64,000 nt of DNA from Octopus sinensis (GCF_006345805.1 NC_043000.1:118048001-118112000), one strand, 5' to 3'. Positions 26,932 through 39,282 are shown, numbered from the stretch's first letter. Numbers and translations: made by a program. Notes: a model not told the origin generated them from the sequence alone.

Positions 26932-27361
26932 CTATACAGCGGTGGTGTACCCCCTACTGTCACGTTCTTGTTAGATTGACAGTATACAACCATTCTATCG
27001 CCCCACCACCGTACATGTCTCTACGAGAGATTTAGAAATTCAATATTTCTTCTTTTGATAATCAGTGAATAGACTTCACTGAATATAGATATATACAATT
27101 ACGAAGTCGAGACAAATATCACCAGCTGACCGGTGTCTGCTACTCTAGGCCGATGAAAGACAACGATCCTGAAACGTGTGTCCCTAGATGCAGCTTCGGC
27201 GGCCGGGTGTGTTTGTCTCCCCTTCGTAAATGTATATAAGGACACAGGGAAAAATGTGTCAAAGCCATCAGGAGGCGTTCGGTGCTTCCTAGGGCTATAC
27301 AGCGGTGGTGTAGCCCCTACTGTCACGTTCTTGTTAGATTGACAGTATACAACCATTCTAT
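26932..27361 (+). mobile_element. Retrozyme/PLE pLTR-like unit: ~363-bp monomer plus 67-bp terminal redundancy
   Basis: 26932-26998 and 27295-27361 are direct repeats differing at one base. A hammerhead lies within the unit. Confidence 0.65.
27144..27188 (+). ncRNA. Minimal type I hammerhead ribozyme motif (two substitutions from canonical)
   Basis: TCTAGG-CCGATGA-AAGA-CAACGA-TCCT-GAAAC-GTGT-GTC-CCTAGA. Stem I is a perfect 6 bp with a GUC triplet. U4 is changed to C and stem II has one mismatch. Confidence 0.7.
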
Positions 27362-27433
27362 ATATATATATATATTATATATATATATATATAATATATA
27401 TATATATATGTATATATGGAAATGAAAAAGAGT

Positions 27434-28133
27434 GAGTTGGCAGAATCTTTAGCACGTCGAGGGCTGCGAGCTGGCAGAATGGTTAGCACTCTGGGCGAAA
27501 TGCTTTGCGATATTTCGTCTACCGCTACGTTCTGAGTTCAAATTCCGCCGAGGTCGACTTTGCCTTTCATCCTTTCGGGGTCGATTAAATAAGTACCAGT
27601 TACGCACTGGAGTCGATGTAATCGACTTGTCCTTGTTTGTCCCCTCTGTGTTTAGCCCCTTGTGGGTAGTAAAGAAATAGGTATTTCGTCTGCCGCTACG
27701 TTCTGAGTTCAAATTCCACCGAGTTCGACTTTGCCTTTAATCCTTTCGGGGTCGATAAATTAAGTACCAGTTGTGTACTTGGGTCGATCTAATCGACTGG
27801 CCCCTCCCCAAAAATTTCGGGCCTTGTGCCTAGAGTAGAAAAGGTTTCATCCTTTAGAGGTCGATAAATTAAGTACCAGTTGCGTACTGGGGTCGATCTA
27901 ATTGGTTGGTCCCCTCCCCCAAAATTTCGGGCCTTGTGCCTAGAACAGAAAATAATCTTTAGCACGTCGGATAAAACGCCAATCAGTATTTCTTCCAGCT
28001 CTTTACGTCTGAGTTGAAATTCCGCTAAAGTCAGCTTTGCCTTTCTTCCCTTCGGGGTCGATATAACAAAGTACCAGTCAAGTTCTAGAGTCGATGTTAT
28101 CGACTTGTCCCTCCTCTCAAATTTTCTAGCCTT
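27434..28133 (+). mobile_element. Tandem array of SINE family B units
   Basis: About 4-5 partial copies of cgaggtcgactttgcctttcatcctttcggggtcgataaattaagtaccag in a row. Confidence 0.88.
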
Positions 28134-28765
28134 CAATCCTGCAACAGAGGGGTGACCCGTTCAGAGAGATTTTTGTAACCATAGAAATCGGGTAACAGTC
28201 TTTAGGAGTATTAGGGGTCAAGAAGCATTTTTTAAATAAAATATACAAATGAAATATCTTAAATGTATACACGTGTCCATAGGGTATGAATTTGTGTGTG
28301 TGCATGTGCGTGTGCGTGTGTGTGTGTGTGGTGTGCGTTCTGCCTGTGTGTTGTGTATGTGTCGCCTCGTGCACTCGCACAAGTTTGTGAGACTTCGCGT
28401 GCTCGCGTAAAATCTTGTGTAAACAAAACTTATTAAGTAGAGCGTGTTTGCAATAAGATCAGTCCATCACTGTTACTTATAACTGTTTGTATTTAGTCAT
28501 TGTCCTGGATAGCAAATCGTTCGTCTAGGAATTACAAGTTTTGAATGACATGTTTTTGCTGGGCGTTTAACAAAGAGAGCCCTGCAATATATTCGTTATC
28601 ATTTGTTATCATCTGCTCAAAAGCTTTTGACAAAACAGCAGCTTAAAAATCTTTAATAAGTAATGATTACACCATTTCCCCACCGAATGCCCTCCCTTGC
28701 AAACACCCTCAGTTATTTTACACTGGTTCGTTATTTCATTCTCTTCTCCATATAATTGTCTTTAT

Positions 28766-28985
28766 ACTCTTTACTCTTTACTCTTTTACTCTTATACTTG
28801 ATTCAGTCATTTAACTGCGGCCATGCTGGATACCGCCTTTAGTCGGGCAAATCGACCCCAGGACTTATTCTTTGTAAGCCTAGTACTTATTTCATCGGTA
28901 TATTTTGCCGGACCGCTAAGTTACGGAGACATAAACACACCAGCATCGGTTGTCAGGCTATGTTGTGGGCACAAACACAGACACA

Positions 28986-29063
<78 letters not shown>

Positions 29064-29200
29064 CGACGGGCTTCCTTCAGTTTCCGTCTACCAAATCCAC
29101 TTATAAGGCTTTGGTCGGGCCAAGGTGGTGCCACGCAGTGGGACTGAACCCGGAACCATGTGATTGGTAAGCAAGCTACTTACCACATAGCCACTCCTGC
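28766..29200 (-). mobile_element. SINE family A
   Basis: All modules present, with a (CA)n/(TA)n middle. Confidence 0.9.
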
Positions 29201-29720
29201 TATATATTTTTATTCTTAAAGCTGGGTGCACAGAAATTATGTGTAATATTTGAAATACTTTCTTAACTACAGTTATCGTATACATCACGTATGTTAATAC
29301 AGACAAACACGTCCATACATATGTGTGAGTATTTCTAAGTGAATCTATTTACGGTACCAATATCATACAATTCTATAAGAAATAATGATCATTTGTTTCG
29401 TGGGGAGAGAATGAGTGATAAAATCGACCCCAGTACTTTGTTAGCATTTTATTTTATCGACTCCAGAAGTATGAAAAATAATGTTGAGTTCCGCGTAATT
29501 TGAACTCATAACGACACGATCAGAAATAAATACCATTAGTTACTTGCCCACCGTTCTAAGTATTGTACCAAGCCGCTGCCACTCATTATAATAATCCTTC
29601 CTACTGGAGGCATACGTTTTAAGATGTTGCTCGGTTGATACAATTTGCCATTGTTATTCTACACATAACTAGAAGAGTTTTCATTTCAGTGAAGTTTCAA
29701 TCTAATATTCACACCTCATA

Positions 29721-30292
29721 AGGCGGCGAATTTGCAGAATCGTTAGCACGCCGGGCGAAATGCTTAGCGGTATTTCGTCTGGCATCACGTTCTGAGTTCT
29801 AATTCCGCCGAGGTCGACTTTGCCATTCACCCTTTCGGGGCCGATAAATTAAGTACCAGTTACGCACTAGGGTCGATGTAATCGACTTAATCTATTTGTC
29901 TGTCCTTGTTTGTCTCCTCTGTATTTAGCCCCTTGTGGGTAGTAAAGAAATAGGAATTTCGTCTGCCGTTACGTTCTCAGTTCAAATTCCGCAGAGGTCG
30001 ACTTTGCCTTTAATCCTTTCGGGGGTTGATAAGTTTAGTACCAGTTATGCACCGAGGTCGATGTAATCAACTTAATCCCTTTGTCTGACCTTGTTTGTTC
30101 CCACTATGTTTAGCACCTTGTGGGCAATAAAGAAATAAGAAACGTTCTGAGTTCAAATCCTGCCGAGGTCGACTTTGCCTTTCATCCTTTCGGGATCGAT
30201 AAATTAAGTACTAGTTGCGTACTGGCGTCGATTTCATCGACTGGCCCCTTCCCCGAAGATTTCAGGCCTTGTACCTAGAGTAGAAAAGAATA
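29721..30292 (+). mobile_element. SINE family B trimer (one head, three ~185-bp body units)
   Basis: Body restarts at ~29960 and ~30140. Confidence 0.9.
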
Positions 30293-30334
30293 TTCACGCC
30301 TCTTCTCCGATTTCATTATCGAACGTGTATAACA

Positions 30335-30773
30335 CCTGGAGTGGCTATGTGGTAAGTAGCTTGCTTACCAAACAGATGGTTCCAGGTTCAGTCTCACTGC
30401 GTGGTACCTTGGGCAAGTGTCTTCTACTATAGCCTCAGGCCGACCAAAGCCTCGTGAGTGAATTTGGTAGACGGAAACTGAAAGAATCCCGTCGTATATA
30501 TGTATGTGTGTGTGTGAGTGAGTGAGTGTGTGTGTGTGTGAGTGAGTGAGTGTGTGTGTGTGTGTATGTTTGTGTGTCTCTGTCTCCACAAGATCGCTTG
30601 ACAACTAATACTGGTGTGTTTCCGTCCCTGTAACTTAGCGGTTCGGCAAAAGAAACCGATAGAATAAGTACTAGGCTTACAAAGAATAAGTGGGGACGAT
30701 TTGCTCGACTAAATGCGGTGCTCCAGCATGGCCATAATCAAATGACTGAAACAAGTAAAAGAGTGAAAGAGTA
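30335..30773 (+). mobile_element. SINE family A
   Basis: All modules present, with a (TG)/(TGAG)n middle. Confidence 0.9.
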
Positions 30774-31023
30774 TTTCTCTTATTTTATTTCCGGCCTACG
30801 ACGGTTCTGTAAGTCCAGTTTTGAACGCAATCAGTTTCCAAAACACAATTGTTTCCTTGTATGATATATACGTTTCTTTTAATATAGAAGCTTTCAATTG
30901 TTCTTCAGGCATATAAGATCAGTTCGTCTGATTGTGTTCATTTGTATCATTCTAAACCTCGTTTACAGAGTAATTTGGTGGATTTCTGCTTCAGGATGCA
31001 TTCTTGATGTATATCTAGAAACT

Positions 31024-31500
31024 TATGTATGTATGTATGTATGTATGTATGTATGTATGTATGTATGTATGTATGTGTGCATGTATATATGTATGTATGT
31101 ATGTGTTTATGCATATGTATGTATACATGTGTTTATGCATATGTATGTATGCATGTATGTATGCGTGTATGTATGCATGTGTTTATGCATATGTATGTAT
31201 GTATGCATGTATGTATGTATGTGTGTATGTATGTGTGTATGTGTTTTAGCATATGTATGTATTTATGCATGTATGTATGTATGTATGTATGCATGCATGT
31301 ATGTATGTATGTATGCATGTATGTATGTGTTTATGCATTTGTATGTATGTATGTATGTATGTATGTATGTATGTATATATGTATGTATGCATTTGTATGT
31401 TTGTATGTATGTATGTATGTATGTATGCATGTATGCATGTATGTATGTATGTATGTATGTATGTATGTATGTGTTTATGCATATGTGTGTATGTATGTTA
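31024..31500. repeat. (TATG)n microsatellite
   Basis: Direct inspection. Confidence 0.95.
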
Positions 31501-32512
31501 GTGTGTGTGAGCGTGTTTCTGAGCGTATGCAATACGGAATAAATGCTTCATTGTTTGCCCGGGTTTCATTCAGTTTAATATATATTTCGGTTTACTATTA
31601 ATATTTATGACTCCCTTTCCTTTCACTTTTTCTTCTCGCCTGTATCACATAACTTATATGGCAGCCTCTGTTTTATCAGCAGAGTTAGTGACTTGCGAAA
31701 ATGTAGTCAATCGTCACAAGAAAGTCGTTTTAATGTTGCTTGTCAACTCTCACGGCTCCGGCTTACAAATTGTACTGAGTAAAGTAAATGATAAGTGAAT
31801 CTAAAACGCAGGGAAACACTGAGAATGAGAGAGGGGGAGAAGAGGAGAGGGGGCGATGGGGAGAGGGGAGAAAGGGGGAGAGAGAGAGATGGAGACGGAG
31901 TAAACAAAACGTTAAAGATGAAATGGCTCTCTCTCTCTCTCTTTGTCTCTCTATTTCTCTCTACTACAGATCCCCAGACCAACCAATTCTCTGTGAGTGT
32001 ATTTGATAGACGGAAACTGTGCGGAAGCACATCACACACACACACATATATATCTCTTATTATAAAAGGCAGATTTTATCTGCCTCCCTTTGGGAGTTAT
32101 ACAAATCTACAATATAGGATTTCTTCAATTACAATTTACCTAGCGTTTTTAAGAGTACAATGCATCGCGTCATGCAAGGTCCAGTTTTTAAAATTTAAAC
32201 TCCAATTAAGCAAAATTTACAGAAAACTCACATTCTGGTGTGTGTGTCAAATGCTTTTCTTAGTCTGGTTTACACCACACGCAAACGCACACACACAGTG
32301 GGCAACGAATAAAATGAAAGTAAATAGCGACAGAGCGATTTGAGGAAGACTAAAGTGAAAGTATTCTGTCTATGACGCTGATAGATACATGAGTAAAATG
32401 TTATGGGAAGCTAAGAGCTAAGAGTGAGTGAAAATGTTCTTGGAAGAGAGTAATTAGTAATAAAGTAAACATACACTCATACATACATACATACATACAT
32501 ACATACATACAT

Positions 32513-32543
<31 letters not shown>

Positions 32544-32867
32544 TACACACACATACATACACACACATACATACATACACACATACATACATACATACAT
32601 ATACATACATACATACATACATACATATACATACATAGATACACACACACATACACACACACACAGTATTGAAGCTTGAGAACAATCAGATACATTTGCA
32701 ACACATCTGTTGAAAATATTATTGTTCACACACATACATATACATATATACATACAGACAGACAGACAGATAGACACACACACACACACCACACACACAT
32801 GATCCAGCATGGCCACAACCTCAAGGCTGAAACATATAAAAGAATAACAGAATATAAATGTGTGCAA

Positions 32868-33215
32868 AGTACAAGAAATATTAATGCAGTATATGGGGAT
32901 TGGACATAAGCGTAAGGCAGTGTCAATGGTGGTTCCAGAATCCTGAGCCATAAACTACAGCCTAGAAGACGAGCCTCATCCTGAAAGATCTGTAGAACTC
33001 GACAAGGACATCCTGAAAACCCTGGTGGAACAAAATATCATCGTAACTGTTGAGGAACTAGCAGAGAAGCTTGGATTTGGTCATTCAACCATTCATTGAC
33101 ACCTGTGCGCTATCGGAAAAGTCAGAAATTGGGTCAATGGGTTCCTCACGAACTTTCCGAGTCTAATTGCATGAAGAGAGTGAATGTATGCTTTTCTTTG
33201 CTGTCATATCTCACC
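32868..33215 (+). mobile_element. Mariner transposase N-terminal fragment (duplicate copy 1)
   Basis: STRNINAVYGDWT..VRQCQWWFQ..YSLEDEP...ELDKDILKTLVEQN...EELAEKLGFGHSTI...LGQWVPHELSE. Confidence 0.82.
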
Positions 33216-33233
33216 ACTACTGCGCTATGTATA

Positions 33234-33866
33234 TCTATATATATAAAACTGTAGTTGTGGTGAGTGTCTGTCCCCTTCGATTTAGATTCCTAACTACTCC
33301 CACATTTTGCGGTACAGTTTAACCAAATTCGGGTAGCTTATAGTCGTGATTCATATCGAGCCCGTCTGAATATTAGCGCGCGTCTACGATGAGTCTACGA
33401 TTTTAAAAATAATTTAACATCATTTTTTATTCCATTTTAATGCATAATTTTTCGTGTGTCGATGGCGGCGGAGTTGGCGTCCACGCTCACACTGCACCTG
33501 TGGAAAGGGAGTGTAAGGAAATCAACGTCATAATGCGTTGTCCAAGGAGACCAGTGTTTTTACAACAACGACTTCATGGCTTGAAGACACCAAAACAGAA
33601 ATGGCTAAGAAAGCGTCTACATGAGTCTACGATTTAAAAAAAATTTAACATCGTTTTTTTTCCATTTTAATGCATTTTTTCGCTATTATATAAGGGAAGT
33701 AACTCTCTAAAAATGTCTACGATGAGTCAACGATTTAAAAAAAATTTACCATCATATTTTTTCCTTTTTTAATGCATTTTTTGCTATTTTTTGGCTATAA
33801 CTCTCTAAAAATGCTTATATAGTTATTTCCCTTACAAACCCGAGCAACGCCGGGCGATACTGCTAG
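33234..33866 (+). mobile_element. Non-autonomous Helitron inserted in the mariner fragment
   Basis: a|TCtatatatataaaac start and cccgagcaacgccggg hairpin followed by CTAG|t. Internal repeats of gtctacgatgagtctacgattt. Confidence 0.88.
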
Positions 33867-34569
33867 TATATATATATATATATATATATATATGAGGGGG
33901 TGCATGTATATATGTATATATATATATACATTTATATATGTATATGTATGTATATGCACATATATACACATATATATCTCTTATTATAAAAGGCAGATTT
34001 TATCTGCCTCCCTTTGGGAGTTATACAAATCTACAATATAGGATTTCTTCAATTACAATTTACCTACCATTTTTAAGAGTACAATGCATCGCGTCATGCC
34101 AGGTCCAGTTTAAAATTTAAACTCCAATTAGCAAAATTTACAGAAAACTCACATTCTGGTGTGTGTGTCAAATGCTTTTCTTAGTCTGGACACCACACGC
34201 AAACGCACACACACAGTGGGCAACGAATAAAGTGAAACTAGATGTAATATTTGTTTCTCTCTATCACGCTGATAGATACATGAGTAAAATGTATGGGAAG
34301 CTAACACATAAGAGTGAGTGAAAATGTTCTTGGAAGAGAGTAAATAGCCAGAGATAGTGATTTGAGGAAGACTTTAAATAACCGTAGTGGCTTGTGTTAG
34401 TAATAAAGTAAACATACACTCATACATACATACATACATACATACATACATACATACATGCATACATGCATACATACATACACACACACACACACATACA
34501 TACATACACACACACACATACATACATACATACACACATACATACATACATACATATACATACATACAT

Positions 34570-34600
<31 letters not shown>

Positions 34601-34869
34601 TACACACACACAGTATTGAAGCTTGAGAACAATCAGATACATTTGCAACACATCTGTTGAAAATATTATTGTTCACACACATACATATACATATATACAT
34701 ACAGACAGACAGACAGATAGACACACCACACACACATGATCCAGCATGGCCACAACCTCAAGGCTGAAACATATAAAAGAATAACAGAATATAAATGTGT
34801 GCATGTGTGTGAGAGAGAGAGTGTGTGTGTATATATTATGTATGTATGTATGTATGTATATATATATAT

Positions 34870-35310
34870 AATAATGCGGTTTTTTCAACAGCTTGAGCTA
34901 AAAGTCAGAGGGGAATGGGATAAACTACTTATATTAACTTGCTATAAAAGCAGGTAGTAATTTTATCTTGTCCTTATTCATAGTGCAATTTTGAAGAGTG
35001 CATTTCGATTTTAACAGCTATTTTTTTCAAAGCTATACTGGAACAGCCTAGAAGACGAGCCTCATCCTGAAAGATCTGTAGAACTCGACAAGGACAAACC
35101 TGAAAACCCTGGTGGAACAAAATCTCATCGTAACTGTTGAGGAACTAGCAGAGAAGCTTGGATTTGATCATTCAACCATTCATTGAGACCTGTGTGCTAT
35201 CGGAAAAGTCAGAAAATTGGGTCAATGGGTTCCTCACGAACTTTCCGAGTCTAGTTGCATGCAGAGAGTGAATGTATGCTTTTCTTTGCTGTCACATCTC
35301 ACCACTACTG
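34870..35310 (+). mobile_element. Mariner fragment (duplicate copy 2), retaining the probable 5' end
   Basis: Same transposase segment as 32955-33215, preceded by sequence that copy 1 lacks. Confidence 0.78.
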
Positions 35311-35321
35311 CGCTATGTATA

Positions 35322-35945
35322 TCTATATATATAAAACTGTAGTTTGTGTGTGTCTGTCTCCTTCGATTTAGATTCCTAACTACTCCCACATTTTGCGGTG
35401 CAGTTTAACCAAATTCGGGTAGCTTATAGTTGTGATTCATATCGAGCCCGTCTGAATATTAGCGCGCGTCTACGATGAGTCTACGATTTAAAAATAATTT
35501 AACATCATTTTTTATTCCATTTTAATGCATAATTTTTCGTGTGTCGATGGCGGCGGAGTTGGCGTCCACGCTCACACCTGCACCTGTGGGGAAGGGAGTG
35601 TAAGGAAATCAACGTCGTAATGCGTTGTCAAGGAGACCAGCGTTCTTTTAGAACAACGACTTCATGGCTTGAAGACACCAAAACAGAAATGGCTAAGAAA
35701 GCGTCTACATGAGTCTACGATTTAAAAAAAATTTACCATCGTTTTTTTTTTTTTTAATTGAAATCTTTTTCGCTATTAATAAGGGAAGTAACTCTCTAAA
35801 AATGTCTACGATGAGTCAACGATTTAAAAAAAATTTACCATCATATTTTTTTCCATTTTAATGCATTTTTTGCTATTTTTTGGCTATAACTCTCTAAAAA
35901 TGCTTATATAGTTATTTCCCTTACAAACCCGAGCAACGCCGGGCG
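35322..35945 (+). mobile_element. Non-autonomous Helitron lacking its CTAG end
   Basis: Duplicate of 33234-33866. After the hairpin it runs directly into gttcgattc of the hammerhead SINE. Confidence 0.85.
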
Positions 35946-35967
35946 AGTTCGATTCGAGACAGTAACC

Positions 35968-36016
<49 letters not shown>

Positions 36017-36190
36017 CATCGAAAAATACCTTAGAAGTGGGAACCCAGGTTCGAAATTTCCCCCAAAACACCTGATAAAGACTGGAGAGCATATCAGCTG
36101 AAACGTTGTGTTAACAACAAATAAAAGAGGACAAATATCCGTCAAATGTAAATAATGTACATAATTCCTCATCTCTCAAACTTAGAACTG
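35946..36190 (+). mobile_element. 5'-truncated hammerhead-bearing SINE (family H)
   Basis: B-box remnant gttcgattc, (AAT)n, aacatcgaaaaatacctt..., hammerhead and tail tgtacataattcctcatctc. Homologous to 52731-53218. Confidence 0.8.
36067..36112 (+). ncRNA. Minimal type I hammerhead motif (G8A lesion)
   Basis: AACAC-CTGATAA-AGACTG-...-CAGCT-GAAAC-GTT-GTGTT. Stem I AACAC/GTGTT is perfect and stem III is the palindromic AACGTT. Confidence 0.55.
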
Positions 36191-36448
36191 GGAACTAGAA
36201 AGTTGCTTAAATTGAATGAAATTTAATTGGAAACATGCCATTCATGATTTCTTTATAGTATGCATAACGCCTGCAATGCTACATATGTTTACAATGATTG
36301 CAGATACATGCAATATGTGGTTAACTGGTTTACTCAATATGTGGTTATTTTTGCTGTCACTTAACTCCAAATCTGCCATAATGGAATTAAGTTATGATCA
36401 AAAGCATTCTCGCCACAACGATCAGTATAAACATAGACACACACACAT

Positions 36449-36489
<41 letters not shown>

Positions 36490-36499
36490 CGTACATTCA

Positions 36500-36668
36500 C
36501 TTTTAGTACCTTATTATTTAACACACTCATCGGTAAAATAAGTGGAAATTTTACCGGTGAGTGTGTTAAATAATAAGGTACTAAAAGAGAATGACTCTCC
36601 CCAGAGACAACAGAATATGCTTCAACACACGAACTCATATAAGAATCTTGCAAACCAAATCCCAAAAC
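36500..36668 (+). mobile_element. Repeat family D with a 40-bp fold-back at its left end
   Basis: 36500-36539 pairs with 36548-36587 with one G-T mismatch. Confidence 0.8.
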
Positions 36669-36717
<49 letters not shown>

Positions 36718-36788
36718 CATTTATATATATTTATATATTTATATATATATATATATATACTTTATATATATATATATATATATATTAT

Positions 36789-36860
<72 letters not shown>

Positions 36861-37304
36861 CATTTATATATATTTATATATATACATACATTTATATATT
36901 TTATATATATATACATTTAGTAAAAATTTGGATTCAGATGAATATGGTACTTGAGGCACCAGAATTTGGTACGGTATTATCGATACAATTTCAAAATAAG
37001 GTGATTAAAATCAAAATAAGCAACAAGGATATCCAGAAGTAATACAGTACGATCGTTTCATGCGACTCCATTTAATTGAACAATGCAATCATTTCGTTAC
37101 ATCAATTTAAAGTGTGGAGCAATCTTGAGCTGCACAAAGTCATAGAATTTAATTAAATTAGAAGGACACCTTAGTATAATTGTACCCAAAATCTCCAAGA
37201 GGATAAGGAGATGGACAAAGAACATGTTTTACCAACAATATCATAGTTGTAACAAAGTAAACTACAAAAGGGAAACAAGACGAAGCTGCAGTTTTTACCT
37301 CGTA

Positions 37305-37534
37305 CAGTAATCCCTCGCTATATCGCGGTTCACCTATCACGATTCACCAATTGCGGTTTATCATTTAAGCTTACGTCGATTCCTCCGTGGCGCTGTTTTG
37401 CATTTATAATAAAATATACATATATATAAATTATAAAATTTTTAAAATATGTAGTACTGTTTCTGCTTCGCGGATTTTCACTCATCGCGGGTGGTTTTGG
37501 AAACGTAGCACCTGCGATAGTCGAGGGATTACTA
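37305..37534. mobile_element. Tigger/pogo-like MITE
   Basis: TA-CAGTAATCCCTCGCTATATCGCG ... GCGATAGTCGAGGGATTACTa-TA. Confidence 0.8.
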
Positions 37535-37874
37535 TATTTCTATATTCCGGGGTCAATATTTTCTAAAGCCATAGAACACAAGAAGCCGATTACCCGGTTT
37601 CCATGGCGTATAGCTGACTGAGAATACAACAATCTCCTGAACGAGACGCTGATACGTTGCAGGATTCAAGGCCAGGAATTTTGAGGGGTGGGGATAGGAG
37701 AGTTGCATTGACACCAGTACTTGACTGATACTTTATTTTATCGATCCCCGAAGGAATGAAGGACAAGGTTGATCTCGGTGGGATTTCACCTCAGAACGTA
37801 ATGAGACGAAAGAAATACCGGTAGGCATCAAGACATTAGGAAAACCGAAGGATGGGCCACACACAACAAATTTC

Positions 37875-38284
37875 GGATCCTTTCGGTTTGAACGGCAGTT
37901 TTAACATAATTTCTAGGTAACTAAAAAATTTTAAACTTCGTATACTGATAGAATGTGTTTATAAAACATCTTTTTCTCTTGGCTTTATTGAGAAAATTCT
38001 ATAGTTTGTAAGATATTTGTTGTTTTTTTCTTCAATTTCTGCAATTTCAACCAATCAATGACGTCTATTGAGCTAAAAAACATTCTATGCCGTATGAATA
38101 TGTCCCTCGTTTAAGAAACAGATTGGGTTTATTTACATTTGTGAAGACAACAGATACCCTCCCTCCCAACCCCTTACCCTAAAACAAATTGAAATGCAAT
38201 AGATCGATACTAGGGTCATAATTATGGGTGACAATTTCATATGACACCGCTAGAAAAAAACTGCCGTTCAAACCGAAAAGATCC
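37875..38284. mobile_element. MITE with ~27-bp GGATC-terminal TIRs and an 8-bp TSD
   Basis: TIRs ggatcctttcggtttgaacggcagttt / aaactgccgttcaaaccgaaaagatcc. CAAATTTC occurs at 37867-37874 and 38285-38292. Confidence 0.88.
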
Positions 38285-38859
38285 CAAATTTCTTTAAAGT
38301 AATAGCACACAAAGCATCACTACTCCATTTTAATTAAATATTTAGTTTTCAAAGAATGTTTCATGCTGTACAACTCTCTAGCTCGTATTCACTGTTTTTA
38401 CGATGTAAATTTTTGCAAAGAGTTCTTTTAAGTTTTCGTGATTACGGTTAAGCACTTAAACATAACGGGAAGATAAATACATGCTTTGAAATTTCATATA
38501 AATACTTTTGCGTGGGTTGAAGTTCCATATAATGCATTTCATTGTCTTTATTTAGATGTGATTCAATAAGATACGTTCTAGCTTTACCGCTAAATCGTCT
38601 ATTTGTTTTCAAAAGTTAAAGTGTTTAAATTTTAATCACTTATATGTTGCTGAAAAAAAAAAATGAAAGCTTCAGAATCGTGCAGATGGTACATGTAGCA
38701 CCTGGGAGCATCTGGCTGGCAGATGGTGAATGTAGCCTCGACCATATGGAACATATACAGAGTGGGCAAATGGTCTTCCGGTCTTTCGGCTGCTATAATC
38801 ATATGCATCTTTCCTTCAATACTCATGCCTATCTATAAATCTACATTCCCTATCGGTAA

Positions 38860-39280
<421 letters not shown>

Positions 39281-39282
39281 TG

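Larger units (their letters stand above)
32045..35945 (+). repeat. ~1.9-2.0 kb tandem duplication (units ~32045-33870 and ~33970-35945)
   Basis: The same order recurs twice: tatctcttattataaaaggcag block, (TACA)n, cagtattgaagcttgagaac block, SINE tail, mariner fragment, Helitron. Confidence 0.9.

Noticed and set aside
27434-30292. Regularly spaced repeats resembling a CRISPR array
   Set aside because: The units are ~185-bp SINE bodies without unique spacers, in eukaryotic DNA with no cas genes.
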